Shown here piece after piece: positions 50,497-59,427 of a stretch of 64,000 nucleotides of DNA. The notes beneath the pieces are model-generated. The model ran no database searches. It was not told the DNA's origin and saw nothing but the letters and a program-made list of their open reading frames with translations. This DNA is from Sphingobium sp. GTDB taxonomy: Bacteria; Pseudomonadota; Alphaproteobacteria; Sphingomonadales; Sphingomonadaceae. Where the stretch lies: assembly GCA_965279415.1 (NCBI GenBank), contig OZ257238.1, forward strand, positions 502,925 to 566,924, written 5' to 3'. The first letter of the stretch is position 1, and each line of letters begins with the position of its first letter. The translations under genes were made by a program, and so were the position numbers.

Positions 50497-52824
50497 TCAC
50501 GCCGCGACCCGCGCCTGTCCGTCCTCGCCAAGCCCCAGCAGCAGCTTGTTCACTTCGCCCAGCGGCAGCGGCCTGCTGAAATAATAGCCCTGTATCTGGT
50601 TGCAGCCCTGATCGCGCAATATGTCGAGCTGGTCGATATTCTCCACGCCTTCGGCCGTCGTTTCCATCCCCAGCGCCTCGGCCAGAGTCGTGATCGACTT
50701 GATGATCGCCGTCGCCCCGTCATGCGCCAGCAGGTCGACGATGAAGCTGCGGTCGATCTTGATCTTGTCGAACGGGAACGCGCGCAGATAGCTGAGTGAG
50801 GAATAGCCGGTGCCGAAATCGTCGAGCGCCACCCGCACGCCCAGGCTGCGCAGATTGTGCAGCGAGGCCAGCGTCGCCTCGACATTGTCGATGAACAGGC
50901 TTTCGGTGATTTCCAGCTCCAGCCGGTTGGGCGCCAACTGGCTTTCCGCCAGCGCGTTGAGGATGATGCCGTTCAGCGCCGGGCTGCGGAACTGGATGGG
51001 AGATATGTTGACGGCGACGCGGATATGCTCTGGCCATTGCGCGGCGATGCGGCACGCTTCGCGGATCGCCCATTCGCCGATCGGGATGATGAGGCCGGTA
51101 TCCTCCGCCAGCGGAATGAAATTGACCGGCGGCACCAGCCCGCGTGTCGGATGGTTCCAGCGCATCAGCGCCTCGAACGCCGTCACCCGGTTCTGCGACA
51201 GCGTGAACAGCGGCTGGAAATACAGCTCCAGCTCGCCGTTCGCCAGCGCATCGTGCAGGTCGATCTCGACCCGGCGACGCTCCTGCGCTTCGGCGTCCAT
51301 CGCTGACTCAAAGAAGCGATAGCTGCCCTTGCCTTCGTTCTTGGCGCGATAGAGCGCCAGATCGGCGTTCTTCAGCAGTTCGACCGCGTCGTTTCCGTCC
51401 TGCGGCGCCAGCGCGATGCCGATGCTGGTGTTGATGACGATGCGATGGCCGTTGACGATCGCGGGCTTGGCGACCGCCGCGATGATATCGTTGGCGAGGC
51501 GCGCGACGCTGCGTTCGCTGGTGGTCGTCACCAGCGCGAACTCGTCACCCCCCAGCCGCGCTACGAAGCCTTCGCTCACCGTCGCCTTGAGCCGTTCGGC
51601 CACTTCGCAAAGCAGGGCATCGCCCGTGGGATGGCCCAGCGTGTCGTTCACCGCCTTGAAATTGTCGAGGTCGAGGCACAGCATCGCCAGCGTGCCTTCG
51701 CCCTTCACCCGCGTCAGCGCATTGGACAGATGCTCGCGCAGCAGCGCCCGGTTGGCGAGGCCGGTCAGCGTGTCGTGGAAGGCGAGATGCGCGATCTGCC
51801 GTTCGCGCTCGCCGATGTCGTTGACCATCTGGTTGAACGACGCGGCCAGCCGCCCCAGCTCGTCGCTGGTCGTGACCGGCACCTGCACATGTTCGCCCGA
51901 GCTGACCTTTTGCGCCGCCGCGTCGAGTTGCGCGATCGGGCGCGTCAGCCCCCGCGCGACCCAGGCGCTGCCGATCACCACCAGCACGCCGCCGCCGATA
52001 CCGAAGATCAGCAGCGTCCACAGGATCGGCAGATAGCCGTCCATCGCCTTTGTAAGGCTGTATTCCAGCACCAGCGCCTGCTGTTCGCCCGATCCGAAAT
52101 TGCGCACCGGCGTTGCCTGCAACAGGATGCGTTCGTCGCCGCGCCGCCACAGGCTGGCTTCGCCAGCGCCTTGCGTCGCCGGTTTAAGGCTGCGCAGATT
52201 GGCATAGGGCATGATCCGCGGATTGAGATCGACAGAGGTCAGCTTGGCGATCTGCTGCAATTCGGGCGTATCGAAGTTATTGGCGAACACCACCCAGCCG
52301 ATCAGCGCCGGGGTTTCGACCGGTGCGGCGACGACGCTGTGGTTGCGCCCCTGCCAGCGGGCGATGCCCTGTTCCGCGCCTTCGTCCAGCGCGGCGTAGA
52401 GCCGGTCGCTGTCCGCCTGCGACAGGCGTCCCTCGAAACCCGTGATGCTGCCGTCGATGCCGACCATGAAGGCCTGCGACAGTTTCAGGCGGTTCTGCAG
52501 GCTGTGCAGCGCGGATTCGATCGTCGGCGCATCGCCGGTGGCCGCCGCCGCGCGAAAGCCGAAATCGGCGGAGAGCAGGCGCCCGCCCTGCCGCAACTGC
52601 TCGTAGCGCATCTGCGTGATCCGCTCGAACACCGCGACACCGGCGGTCATGTCCCGCTTGATGGTCGATTCGGCATAGCGTTCGATGCCCGCCTGCACGC
52701 CGAACAGGATCAGCGCGAGCACGGCGGTGAACAGCCCGGCATAGAACAGCGTCATCTTGATCGACAGCGTCTCGCGCACGCGTCGCGCAATGTTCGCGCG
52801 TGCCGAATGAAGCGCCGCGATCAC
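50497..52824 (-). CDS. Membrane-bound GGDEF-EAL protein with periplasmic sensor and HAMP domains
   Basis: Two TM segments flank a ~250-aa periplasmic domain. Then HAMP, GGDEF (RLGGDEFALV), and EAL (EALMRWNHP, DDFGTGYSSLSYL, KIDRSF). Confidence 0.85.
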   Translation of the reverse strand: MIAALHSARANIARRVRETLSIKMTLFYAGLFTAVLALILFGVQAGIERYAESTIKRDMTAGVAVFERITQMRYEQLRQGGRLLSADFGFRAAAATGDAPTIESALHSLQNRLKLSQAFMVGIDGSITGFEGRLSQADSDRLYAALDEGAEQGIARWQGRNHSVVAAPVETPALIGWVVFANNFDTPELQQIAKLTSVDLNPRIMPYANLRSLKPATQGAGEASLWRRGDERILLQATPVRNFGSGEQQALVLEYSLTKAMDGYLPILWTLLIFGIGGGVLVVIGSAWVARGLTRPIAQLDAAAQKVSSGEHVQVPVTTSDELGRLAASFNQMVNDIGERERQIAHLAFHDTLTGLANRALLREHLSNALTRVKGEGTLAMLCLDLDNFKAVNDTLGHPTGDALLCEVAERLKATVSEGFVARLGGDEFALVTTTSERSVARLANDIIAAVAKPAIVNGHRIVINTSIGIALAPQDGNDAVELLKNADLALYRAKNEGKGSYRFFESAMDAEAQERRRVEIDLHDALANGELELYFQPLFTLSQNRVTAFEALMRWNHPTRGLVPPVNFIPLAEDTGLIIPIGEWAIREACRIAAQWPEHIRVAVNISPIQFRSPALNGIILNALAESQLAPNRLELEITESLFIDNVEATLASLHNLRSLGVRVALDDFGTGYSSLSYLRAFPFDKIKIDRSFIVDLLAHDGATAIIKSITTLAEALGMETTAEGVENIDQLDILRDQGCNQIQGYYFSRPLPLGEVNKLLLGLGEDGQARVAA

Positions 52825-52826
52825 GG

Positions 52827-53441
52827 TCAGTTGCCTGCGCGCAGGTTCAGTTTGACGAGGCGATCGACCGACCCACTGGCCGTCACCGGCACCTGCATCA
52901 CCAGTTCATTGTCCTTGCCGCGCAAATTGGGGTGCCAGACCGTCACGGTAGCCGCCCCCGCGGGCAGACCGGCGATCTGCACCTGACCCGCGCCGTTGGT
53001 CCGGGCGGCGAAAGGCGTATCGACGACCTTGATGAAGCCGCTCATCGTATCGTGAATGTTGCAGCCCAGCGCGACGGCGCCCGGCGACGTGAAGGTATAG
53101 CTGCGCGTCTCGTCCCGGCTGAACAGTTTCAGCTCGAAACGCGCGGGCTTGGAGAAGGAATAGACATGATGCCGCACCTTGTCCTTGTTCGGAAAGGACA
53201 CGGTCGCGCCGACCGGCACGATGAGGACATGGGGATTGAACGCGATATTCTGCTGCGTCATCGTGGTGCCCCACGGGAAGCGGATGGGACCACGACCCAC
53301 GCCGGAGGCAGGTTTGACGGTGACGACGGCATCGGCCACCGGCTTTCCGCCCACATCCACGATCCTCAGGTCCAGAGTGCCGGCCATGGCGGGAAAAGGC
53401 GCCATGAGGAGGGGAAGCGCAGACAGAATGTTCCTAAGCAT
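52827..53441 (-). CDS. Periplasmic cupredoxin-like protein (family often annotated methylamine utilisation protein)
   Basis: Signal peptide ...PFPAMAG. It has VSFPNKDKVRHHVYSF and GCNIHDTMSGF ligand-like motifs. Its stop lies 2 nt before the GGDEF-EAL start. Confidence 0.6.
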   Translation of the reverse strand: MLRNILSALPLLMAPFPAMAGTLDLRIVDVGGKPVADAVVTVKPASGVGRGPIRFPWGTTMTQQNIAFNPHVLIVPVGATVSFPNKDKVRHHVYSFSKPARFELKLFSRDETRSYTFTSPGAVALGCNIHDTMSGFIKVVDTPFAARTNGAGQVQIAGLPAGAATVTVWHPNLRGKDNELVMQVPVTASGSVDRLVKLNLRAGN

Positions 53442-53526
53442 TACATCCGATTAGGACGGAAAAGCCAATTTATCGTTAATGGATACAATAACGGAATATT
53501 TACCATGTTCGGCGATCAAGCGGAAC

Positions 53527-54405
53527 ATGACTTCACTTCGCTTTCTCGCCGGGCCGATTATCGCGGCCCTTGGCCTCATGGCCGCGCCTGCCTCCGCCGA
53601 ACCGCTGCGCAACGGGGGCAAGCTGCTGCTCACCAATGGCATCACCTCGATCGAAGGCGCATCGGGCGGCGGCCTGACCCCATGGGCGACGATCGCAGGC
53701 AACGAGACGCGCGACGGCATCGGCGCGTCAGGCCACGCCACGATCATCGAACTGAAGGATTACGACTATCGGAGCGCGGGCGTCAGCATCGGCCTGTTCG
53801 ATCGGGTCGAACTGTCATGGGCGCGGCAGGATTTCAACACCAACGAGATCGGCGGCGCGCTGGGGCTGGGCAACGACTATGCCTTCGGTCAGGACATCTT
53901 CGGCGCGAAAGTGAAGCTGATCGGCGATCTGGTCTATGATGCACCGCTGCTTCCCGCGATCGCCATCGGCGCGCAATACAAGAAAAGCCGCAATGCCGAC
54001 GTGGTCCGCCTGCTCGGCGCGACCGACGACGACGGCATCGATTATTATGTGTCCGCGACCAAGCTGTTCCTTGCGCGCAGCATCCTCGTCAACGCCACCG
54101 CGCGCCTGACGAAGGCGAACCAGAACGGGCTGCTCGGCTTCGGCGGCGACCGGCAGGACGATTATACCGTGCAGTTCGAAGGCTCGCTCGGCTGGCAATT
54201 GTCGCGCCGCCTCGCCATCGGCGGCGAATATCGCACCAAGCCGAATAACCTCGGCGTCGCGAAGGAGGACGACTGGTTCGACGCCTTCGCCGCCTATGCC
54301 GTCAATCGCCATCTGACCGCGACGCTCGCCTACACCGATCTCGGTTCGATCGCGACGGTCGACAAGCAGCGCGGCGTATTGTTCTCGCTTCAGGCCGCCT
54401 TCTGA
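53527..54405 (+). CDS. DUF3034-family exported protein
   Basis: ATG 53527 and signal peptide ...LMAAPASA. It has IEGASGGGLTPWATIAG and a beta-rich body ending ...FSLQAAF. Confidence 0.65.
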   Translation: MTSLRFLAGPIIAALGLMAAPASAEPLRNGGKLLLTNGITSIEGASGGGLTPWATIAGNETRDGIGASGHATIIELKDYDYRSAGVSIGLFDRVELSWARQDFNTNEIGGALGLGNDYAFGQDIFGAKVKLIGDLVYDAPLLPAIAIGAQYKKSRNADVVRLLGATDDDGIDYYVSATKLFLARSILVNATARLTKANQNGLLGFGGDRQDDYTVQFEGSLGWQLSRRLAIGGEYRTKPNNLGVAKEDDWFDAFAAYAVNRHLTATLAYTDLGSIATVDKQRGVLFSLQAAF

Positions 54406-54422
54406 TCTTCAGGACCCCCATC

Positions 54423-54953
54423 ATGTCCCTTCTCGCCTTCGCTCCCTTGCTTCTGCTTCAGGCCGCAACCGATGCGCCTGCCCCGCCGCCGCCTCTCCCG
54501 CCGCCGCCTGTCGCTGCGCCTTATGCGGTGCCGGGCGAGGATGCCGTCGATCCCTATGTCGCCGACAATGCCAATGCCGGCGCCACGCCGTTCCGCGGCA
54601 CCGGCATGGCCGACGCCTTCCACGGCAGGGAAGGCATCCAGCGGATCGTCGACGGTTTCGTGACGCGCAATTATGCCGACCCGGTGATCGGCGAAATCTT
54701 CGAAGGCCACGACAAGATACGCCTGCGCCGGACGCTGTTCGAGCAGTTCTGCTACATATTGAACGCCGGATGCGCCTATACCGGCCGCGACATGCAATCC
54801 TCGCACAAGGATCTGGGTACGCAGCATGGCGACATGAACCGGCTGGTCGAAAATCTGCAAAAGGCGATGGCGGAGGAAGGCGTGTCCTTCCCGGCGCAGA
54901 ACCGCTTCCTCGCGAAGCTGGCGCCGATGCGCAGGAATACCGTAGATCGCTGA
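54423..54953 (+). CDS. Group-1 truncated haemoglobin (TrHbN-like) with N-terminal signal / Pro-rich extension
   Basis: The globin core is GREGIQRIVDGFVTRNYADPVIGEIF...AGCAYTGRDMQSSHKDLGT..GDMNRLVENLQKAMAEEGV. Confidence 0.7.
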   Translation: MSLLAFAPLLLLQAATDAPAPPPPLPPPPVAAPYAVPGEDAVDPYVADNANAGATPFRGTGMADAFHGREGIQRIVDGFVTRNYADPVIGEIFEGHDKIRLRRTLFEQFCYILNAGCAYTGRDMQSSHKDLGTQHGDMNRLVENLQKAMAEEGVSFPAQNRFLAKLAPMRRNTVDR

Positions 54954-54998
54954 ACCATAATCCGTGCCGTTATTGATGGTTATGGCGGCGTATAGCTT

Positions 54999-55135
54999 CT
55001 TGTTCCCCGGCGAAGGCCCGGGGTCCAGGGCAACAAGGATGTACTGTGCGACTCTGGACCCCCGCCTTCGCAAGACCTCTGCAAAAAGGGGAATAAGATA
55101 AAAGTCGTCGTCATTCCCGCGAAGGCGGGGGGGTA
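54999..55135. repeat. Three copies of the small CCCGCGAAGGCGGGGGTCCAG-type hairpin repeat
   Basis: The copies are TTCCCCGGCGAAGGCCCGGGGTCCAG, the inverted CTGGACCCCCGCCTTCGCAAG, and TCATTCCCGCGAAGGCGGGGGGG. They belong to the same family as 32268..32353. Confidence 0.6.
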
Positions 55136-55186
55136 TAGTGATAGATGGAATTATGCACGTCGCTGACCACACTAGCACTAACAGCC

Positions 55187-55720
55187 TTATGATGGACCGA
55201 CTTGTTCGCCATCGAGAAAGATGCGCCTGCCTTCCGGGCATTTGACATAAGAGAACCGCTTACCCTGATCATTAAAGGTGAGTGTATCGGCGGTTAGCTT
55301 GACGATTGGAAAGCGATTGACCTGACGAAGCGTAGTCACAGCAGGGGGAGCATCCGCATCTGCCGTTTCGTCCAGTTCATATTTCGATGTGGTGTCGCGT
55401 ACCAAAGTGGCATCTGTGATTTCCCACCGCCCTTCAACACCGCTAAACTCGTCACCTTCGGAAAACCTGCCGCTTGCGCTGTAAACCGCGCCATAGCCAG
55501 TGCCGCAACCGCCATCAACGGGTGCCCAAACACCAACAATCTTTGATGCCTCATCGGGGACATTTGGGCTGCTGCTGGTAACATGGCTGGATACAGCATT
55601 ATTCGCTTGAATAGCCAAATTCGGATTGCTGTTAATTTCCTGTCCGGCGTAGTAACCCGCTCCGGCAAGGGAAACCGCAAGCATAAATCCACCGATGCCA
55701 TATAGAAAGGGCTTACTCAT
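55187..55720 (-). CDS. Hypothetical membrane-anchored protein (177 aa)
   Basis: N-terminal TM helix (LYGIGGFMLAVSLAGAGYYAG). AT-rich codon usage. No family recognised. Confidence 0.5.
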   Translation of the reverse strand: MSKPFLYGIGGFMLAVSLAGAGYYAGQEINSNPNLAIQANNAVSSHVTSSSPNVPDEASKIVGVWAPVDGGCGTGYGAVYSASGRFSEGDEFSGVEGRWEITDATLVRDTTSKYELDETADADAPPAVTTLRQVNRFPIVKLTADTLTFNDQGKRFSYVKCPEGRRIFLDGEQVGPS

Positions 55721-55741
55721 AGCGTTGCTCCCACCCTGCTA

Positions 55742-56332
55742 TCAGAATTTCACTTTGCTTTCTGCCGCTGCCCGTCCCGGTTTATTCACTTTGTCCTCGT
55801 CCGTCCAAAGAACGCGGAAATCCAGAAGCGTCATTTCGAGGGACTTTGCACCTCCGTTATCCATGACCATTGCCGTCATCCACATAGTCCGGAAGGGATT
55901 GGCCTCGCCTTCGGGTGTGCGTACCTGTTCGATCAATTCCCATTCGTAAACACTGGCAGTGGTGCGGGCAGGAACGCCATATTTCGCAGATAGCTTATTG
56001 GCGAGTGTCGAACGAAAAGCATCATCTAAGGCAAATTGCCCAAGCTGCTGGCTGGACTGGATGCGATAAATGCGGCCAAGCGGCGTCACTTCAAAGTTGA
56101 AGTGCAACCCATCGCGCTCCGTTTCAAACTGGTATCCGCCAACAGATGTGATTGTCGATAGCTTCGCTGCCTCTCTAATAGGCATCCCCAACGCAAAACC
56201 GCCAATCTCACGCGATTTCGTTGCCGAAGCTATGGCGGGAGAATGCGTCGGCTGTCCTGTCGCTTCACCATATCCTAATGGCAATGCAAGAACGGAAACG
56301 GCCAATGCCGCTACGGCCAGATGCTTCTGCAT
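55742..56332 (-). CDS. Hypothetical secreted protein (196 aa)
   Basis: Signal peptide MQKHLAVAALAVSVLALPLG. No family recognised. Confidence 0.5.
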   Translation of the reverse strand: MQKHLAVAALAVSVLALPLGYGEATGQPTHSPAIASATKSREIGGFALGMPIREAAKLSTITSVGGYQFETERDGLHFNFEVTPLGRIYRIQSSQQLGQFALDDAFRSTLANKLSAKYGVPARTTASVYEWELIEQVRTPEGEANPFRTMWMTAMVMDNGGAKSLEMTLLDFRVLWTDEDKVNKPGRAAAESKVKF

Positions 56333-56424
56333 AAGGAATTATTCTCCATCAATTTCAGTAATCAGCTTTAATATGATGGATATAGGCAGTGGTTTAATGA
56401 CCGCTTAATTGGCGCTCTACGATC

Positions 56425-56694
56425 ATGCGTGGGCGTGATCTTGTCGGTAAAAATGTGCGGCGCATACGCGTTGCGCAGAATGTCTCGCAAGAACGCCTGG
56501 CTTTCGATGCTGGCGTGGATCGGTCCTATCTTGGCGGATTGGAACGGGGCGAGGAAAATCCCACAATAGATTTGCTTGAACGACTGGCAGCGACATTGAC
56601 CGTTCAGCTTCAAGAGCTTTTCATTGAGGTGCCGGATGACGATGCGTCATCGGGACTGCCGCGTGGTCGTAAAAAGGGCGGGCGTCCCGCTTGA
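56425..56694 (+). CDS. XRE-family helix-turn-helix transcriptional regulator
   Basis: The HTH_3 pattern is VGKNVRRIRVAQNVSQERLAFDAGVDRSYLGGLERGEENPTIDLLERLA. Its 3' end overlaps the convergent cas1-like 3' end by 48 nt. Confidence 0.8.
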   Translation: MRGRDLVGKNVRRIRVAQNVSQERLAFDAGVDRSYLGGLERGEENPTIDLLERLAATLTVQLQELFIEVPDDDASSGLPRGRKKGGRPA

Positions 56695-57771
56695 CTGTGG
56701 CGCGACGATTGCAGCGATCATTCTCGCCAATTGGGGTGATAGCCTGCAAACGCCATCGCTACGCAGAATGAAATCTGCGCCCGAAAATCTCTGGCTGCGT
56801 ATGAAAGCCAATATTGCCCGATCTACCAAAGGCCGTTCCGGTTCAATCTGATCGAAGATATAGGCAGGCAAGCCGCGTCGCCCGCTGTGCATCACGCCGA
56901 TTGTCGGATCATAGCCATCGGCAATCGCGGCAATCTGCAACTGTGCCTGTTTTACGGCATAGGCATAATTGAGCATTGCGTTGATGGGATGGGACGCATT
57001 GACGTTTTTGGGTTTCAGACCATTGGCGAGGGACGGACGACCTTCATAGTCTCCCCATGCCGGGGAGATCGGATAGCGTCCGGTGGATTTCCAGTTCAAA
57101 CGCAATCCGGCCCAGACGCCAAAATAGGCGCTGGCACAACTCGCTTCGATACCGCGCAATTGTTTGAGGTCAGCGGGCGGATTGCTGCTAAAGTCCGCAA
57201 TGGCGTTCTGCAATTTCTCTACAGCCCGTTGCCGCCGTTCGCTTGGTTCAAACGCAACTTCCAACGTATCTATGCAGTGGGCAAATTTGGTTCTGATAAG
57301 ATCGACTGAATAGGCCAATTGCGCAGCCCGGTCTTGCCCGGTTTCCATTTGCCAGAATATCTTTTCCCGGTCCCCGATAGTGCCGCTGCTACTTGCGACG
57401 GTAGCCACATCGCCGGTCCAGCTTATGCGGGCCAAGGCAACATTCTGTTCCGCCAGCCATGACAGCACATCGAACGACAAGGTGCCGCTGCCGTCCAGCA
57501 ACAGGATGCGAGGCGGTAGTGCAAGGTCGCCGCGAAAATAGCGATGTAGGGATTGCGTCTGCGGATGATGCGTAAACCCGTCACGAATAACGAGTGCGCC
57601 CTTTTCGATCCGCATCGAAACGCCATTGCCGCACAGGATCAAAGGGGTTGAATTGCGTTCGCGGCGTTTCCGCTTGGCGGGCAATTTTGCCAGTTCGGAA
57701 ATCCAGTTTTCCGACCGGATGGCCCATTCGTCGGTCGCTGCAACCTTGGAAAAATTGTCCAGTGTTTTCAT
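56647..57771 (-). CDS. cas1: Cas1-family integrase homologue (stand-alone, casposase-like)
   Basis: The N-terminal beta domain is GVSMRIEKGALVIRDG...LLLDGSGTLSFDVLSWLAEQNVALARISWTG. The catalytic-type motifs are LRGIEASCASAYF, ASHPINAMLNYAYAV and YIFDQIEPERPLVD. Start at ATG 57771; GTG 57792 is an alternative. Confidence 0.8.
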   Translation of the reverse strand: MKTLDNFSKVAATDEWAIRSENWISELAKLPAKRKRRERNSTPLILCGNGVSMRIEKGALVIRDGFTHHPQTQSLHRYFRGDLALPPRILLLDGSGTLSFDVLSWLAEQNVALARISWTGDVATVASSSGTIGDREKIFWQMETGQDRAAQLAYSVDLIRTKFAHCIDTLEVAFEPSERRQRAVEKLQNAIADFSSNPPADLKQLRGIEASCASAYFGVWAGLRLNWKSTGRYPISPAWGDYEGRPSLANGLKPKNVNASHPINAMLNYAYAVKQAQLQIAAIADGYDPTIGVMHSGRRGLPAYIFDQIEPERPLVDRAILAFIRSQRFSGADFILRSDGVCRLSPQLARMIAAIVAPQSSGTPALFTTTRQSR

Positions 57772-57837
57772 GTTCTCGACATAACAGATCACACGCGGAA
57801 TATCGCCGGTAAATCAGTGAATGTTCGATCATTAACC

Positions 57838-58761
57838 CTAAATTTCCGGGCATTTAACGCCCCGCCTAATGGCTAAAATACACTGTACGAATCGCATAGC
57901 TGGCCATGGACCCGTCGAAGTTTGTTTTGCCACAGAGTTTTGCATTTCCAGCATGGCACGAAGCGGGTTTGCTACATCCAAATCCGCGATATCCAGGCGC
58001 TCTGTCATCTGCGCTAATTGCCGCGGCATTCGCCCAATTCGGTAATTTAGCGCCCGTGCAATTCTAAACTCTCGCTGCGACGCATTTTTGATTTCGCTTT
58101 CGGCAGAGTCCTCAATTTCATCTTCGGTTCCCATGACGCCGGACCATAGGTTTGCGAGTCCTTCGATGCTGGCGCTGAATAGGGAAAGGTCGATACCGGG
58201 CAATATCTGTTCAGCCGCACTTTGCAAAAGTGTCGCGTTTTGATCGACGGCTGTTGCCTTTCCCTTGTGTGCCAATTCCGCGAAGGTTGCGTAGAAAGCA
58301 TCGGATTGCTGGAATGGCGTATCTATGAATCGGCTATCAAGCCGTCCAATTTGCGTCCGAATGGCTCGCTTTTGGGTTTGGCCCAAATCTGCGTAATTTT
58401 TATTGTCCATGTATGTTGTTCGACGATGCACCAATTGCGCCCGCCACTTGCCCAATTCTTTGACCAACGCTTCCCTCACACGATCAAAGTCAGAATGACC
58501 CCATTCAAGATATGCTTGCACGATCAGTTCATGTTGCCTGCGGACACCCCTCTTACGCAGTTCGGCTAATCGCATTGCCCTCCTCAATGAGGTTTCGGTT
58601 CGCGACCACTCCGGTCCCTTCCCATATACGCGCCCGATCGCTTTAGCTTTAGGTAAAATATCCCATGCCACCCATTGCCGAATGACATGGATGGTAAGTG
58701 CATCCGGTCCGGATAGTCCGGCCTTTTCATTGAGCAAGGCCGCAAATTCGCTGTTCGTCAT
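57838..58761 (-). CDS. Hypothetical protein (307 aa), first gene of the cas1 operon
   Basis: A clean ORF with the same strand as cas1, ending 66 nt upstream of it. No motif recognised. Confidence 0.55.
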   Translation of the reverse strand: MTNSEFAALLNEKAGLSGPDALTIHVIRQWVAWDILPKAKAIGRVYGKGPEWSRTETSLRRAMRLAELRKRGVRRQHELIVQAYLEWGHSDFDRVREALVKELGKWRAQLVHRRTTYMDNKNYADLGQTQKRAIRTQIGRLDSRFIDTPFQQSDAFYATFAELAHKGKATAVDQNATLLQSAAEQILPGIDLSLFSASIEGLANLWSGVMGTEDEIEDSAESEIKNASQREFRIARALNYRIGRMPRQLAQMTERLDIADLDVANPLRAMLEMQNSVAKQTSTGPWPAMRFVQCILAIRRGVKCPEI

Positions 58762-58844
58762 AGCAGCCCCTCGAAAGACAGCCTCACACAGATGCGTCTC
58801 GATTTGCGAGATTGGACTCCGGTTGGCGAGTCACAAATGCCGTC

Positions 58845-59414
58845 ATGGCACGCAAAAGAGACCATCGCCGGGAATATCAACGCCGCTTGGCCAATGCCGA
58901 AAAGCGCGGCCTAACCCGTTCGCAGGCTCGCGGCCATGCGAAGGCAGGCGAAAAGCCTGTTGGCAAACCTTCGACAAGGGACATGGGCAAGTTTGAAGCG
59001 GCCCTAAAAATCTACCGTCAGTCCGGCAATCGTGGTGCTGCGGCTAAGGCGATGGGCATTGCGCCGGAACGGTTCAGCCGGTTGCTAGCGGATACCGTGC
59101 AAGTATCGGGGCGCGGCAAATCGCTCAAAATCATCGACAACCGCCCTCGCGAAATGGCCGTCATCACCGATGGTCAAATGCGCCGGATCATCCTGCGCGA
59201 TTACGATCAGGCAGCGATCAATGGCGAGTATCTCAATGCCGCCAAAGCCTTTCTGGCATCCAACGATGACGAGGTGCTGCATCCCTTTGCAGGCCGATCA
59301 ATCGTGGACGCCAAGGGCAAAGCGCACCTCCTCGAAACCGACCCCAACATTTTACACCGGATTGCAGGGTCAGACGATCCGGCATTCCTCGAAATCTATC
59401 GCATTGTTCAGTGA
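58845..59414 (+). CDS. Hypothetical protein (189 aa) with basic N-terminus, first gene of the HNH-polB operon
   Basis: ATG 58845. It has the basic segment RKRDHRREYQRRLANAEKRGLTRSQARGH and a possible HTH (NRGAAAKAMGIAPERFSRLL). Confidence 0.55.
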   Translation: MARKRDHRREYQRRLANAEKRGLTRSQARGHAKAGEKPVGKPSTRDMGKFEAALKIYRQSGNRGAAAKAMGIAPERFSRLLADTVQVSGRGKSLKIIDNRPREMAVITDGQMRRIILRDYDQAAINGEYLNAAKAFLASNDDEVLHPFAGRSIVDAKGKAHLLETDPNILHRIAGSDDPAFLEIYRIVQ

Positions 59415-59427
59415 AAGGAGAAGCAAT

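Noticed and set aside
55131-55150. Possible terminal inverted repeat pairing GGTATAGTGATAGATGG (55131..) with CACTATACAATCTATCA (62981..62997)
   Set aside because: The shared 7-mers (TATAGTG, GATAGAT) are in permuted order and the adjacent bases do not align. In AT-rich DNA this is most likely chance. The true right end is probably off-window.
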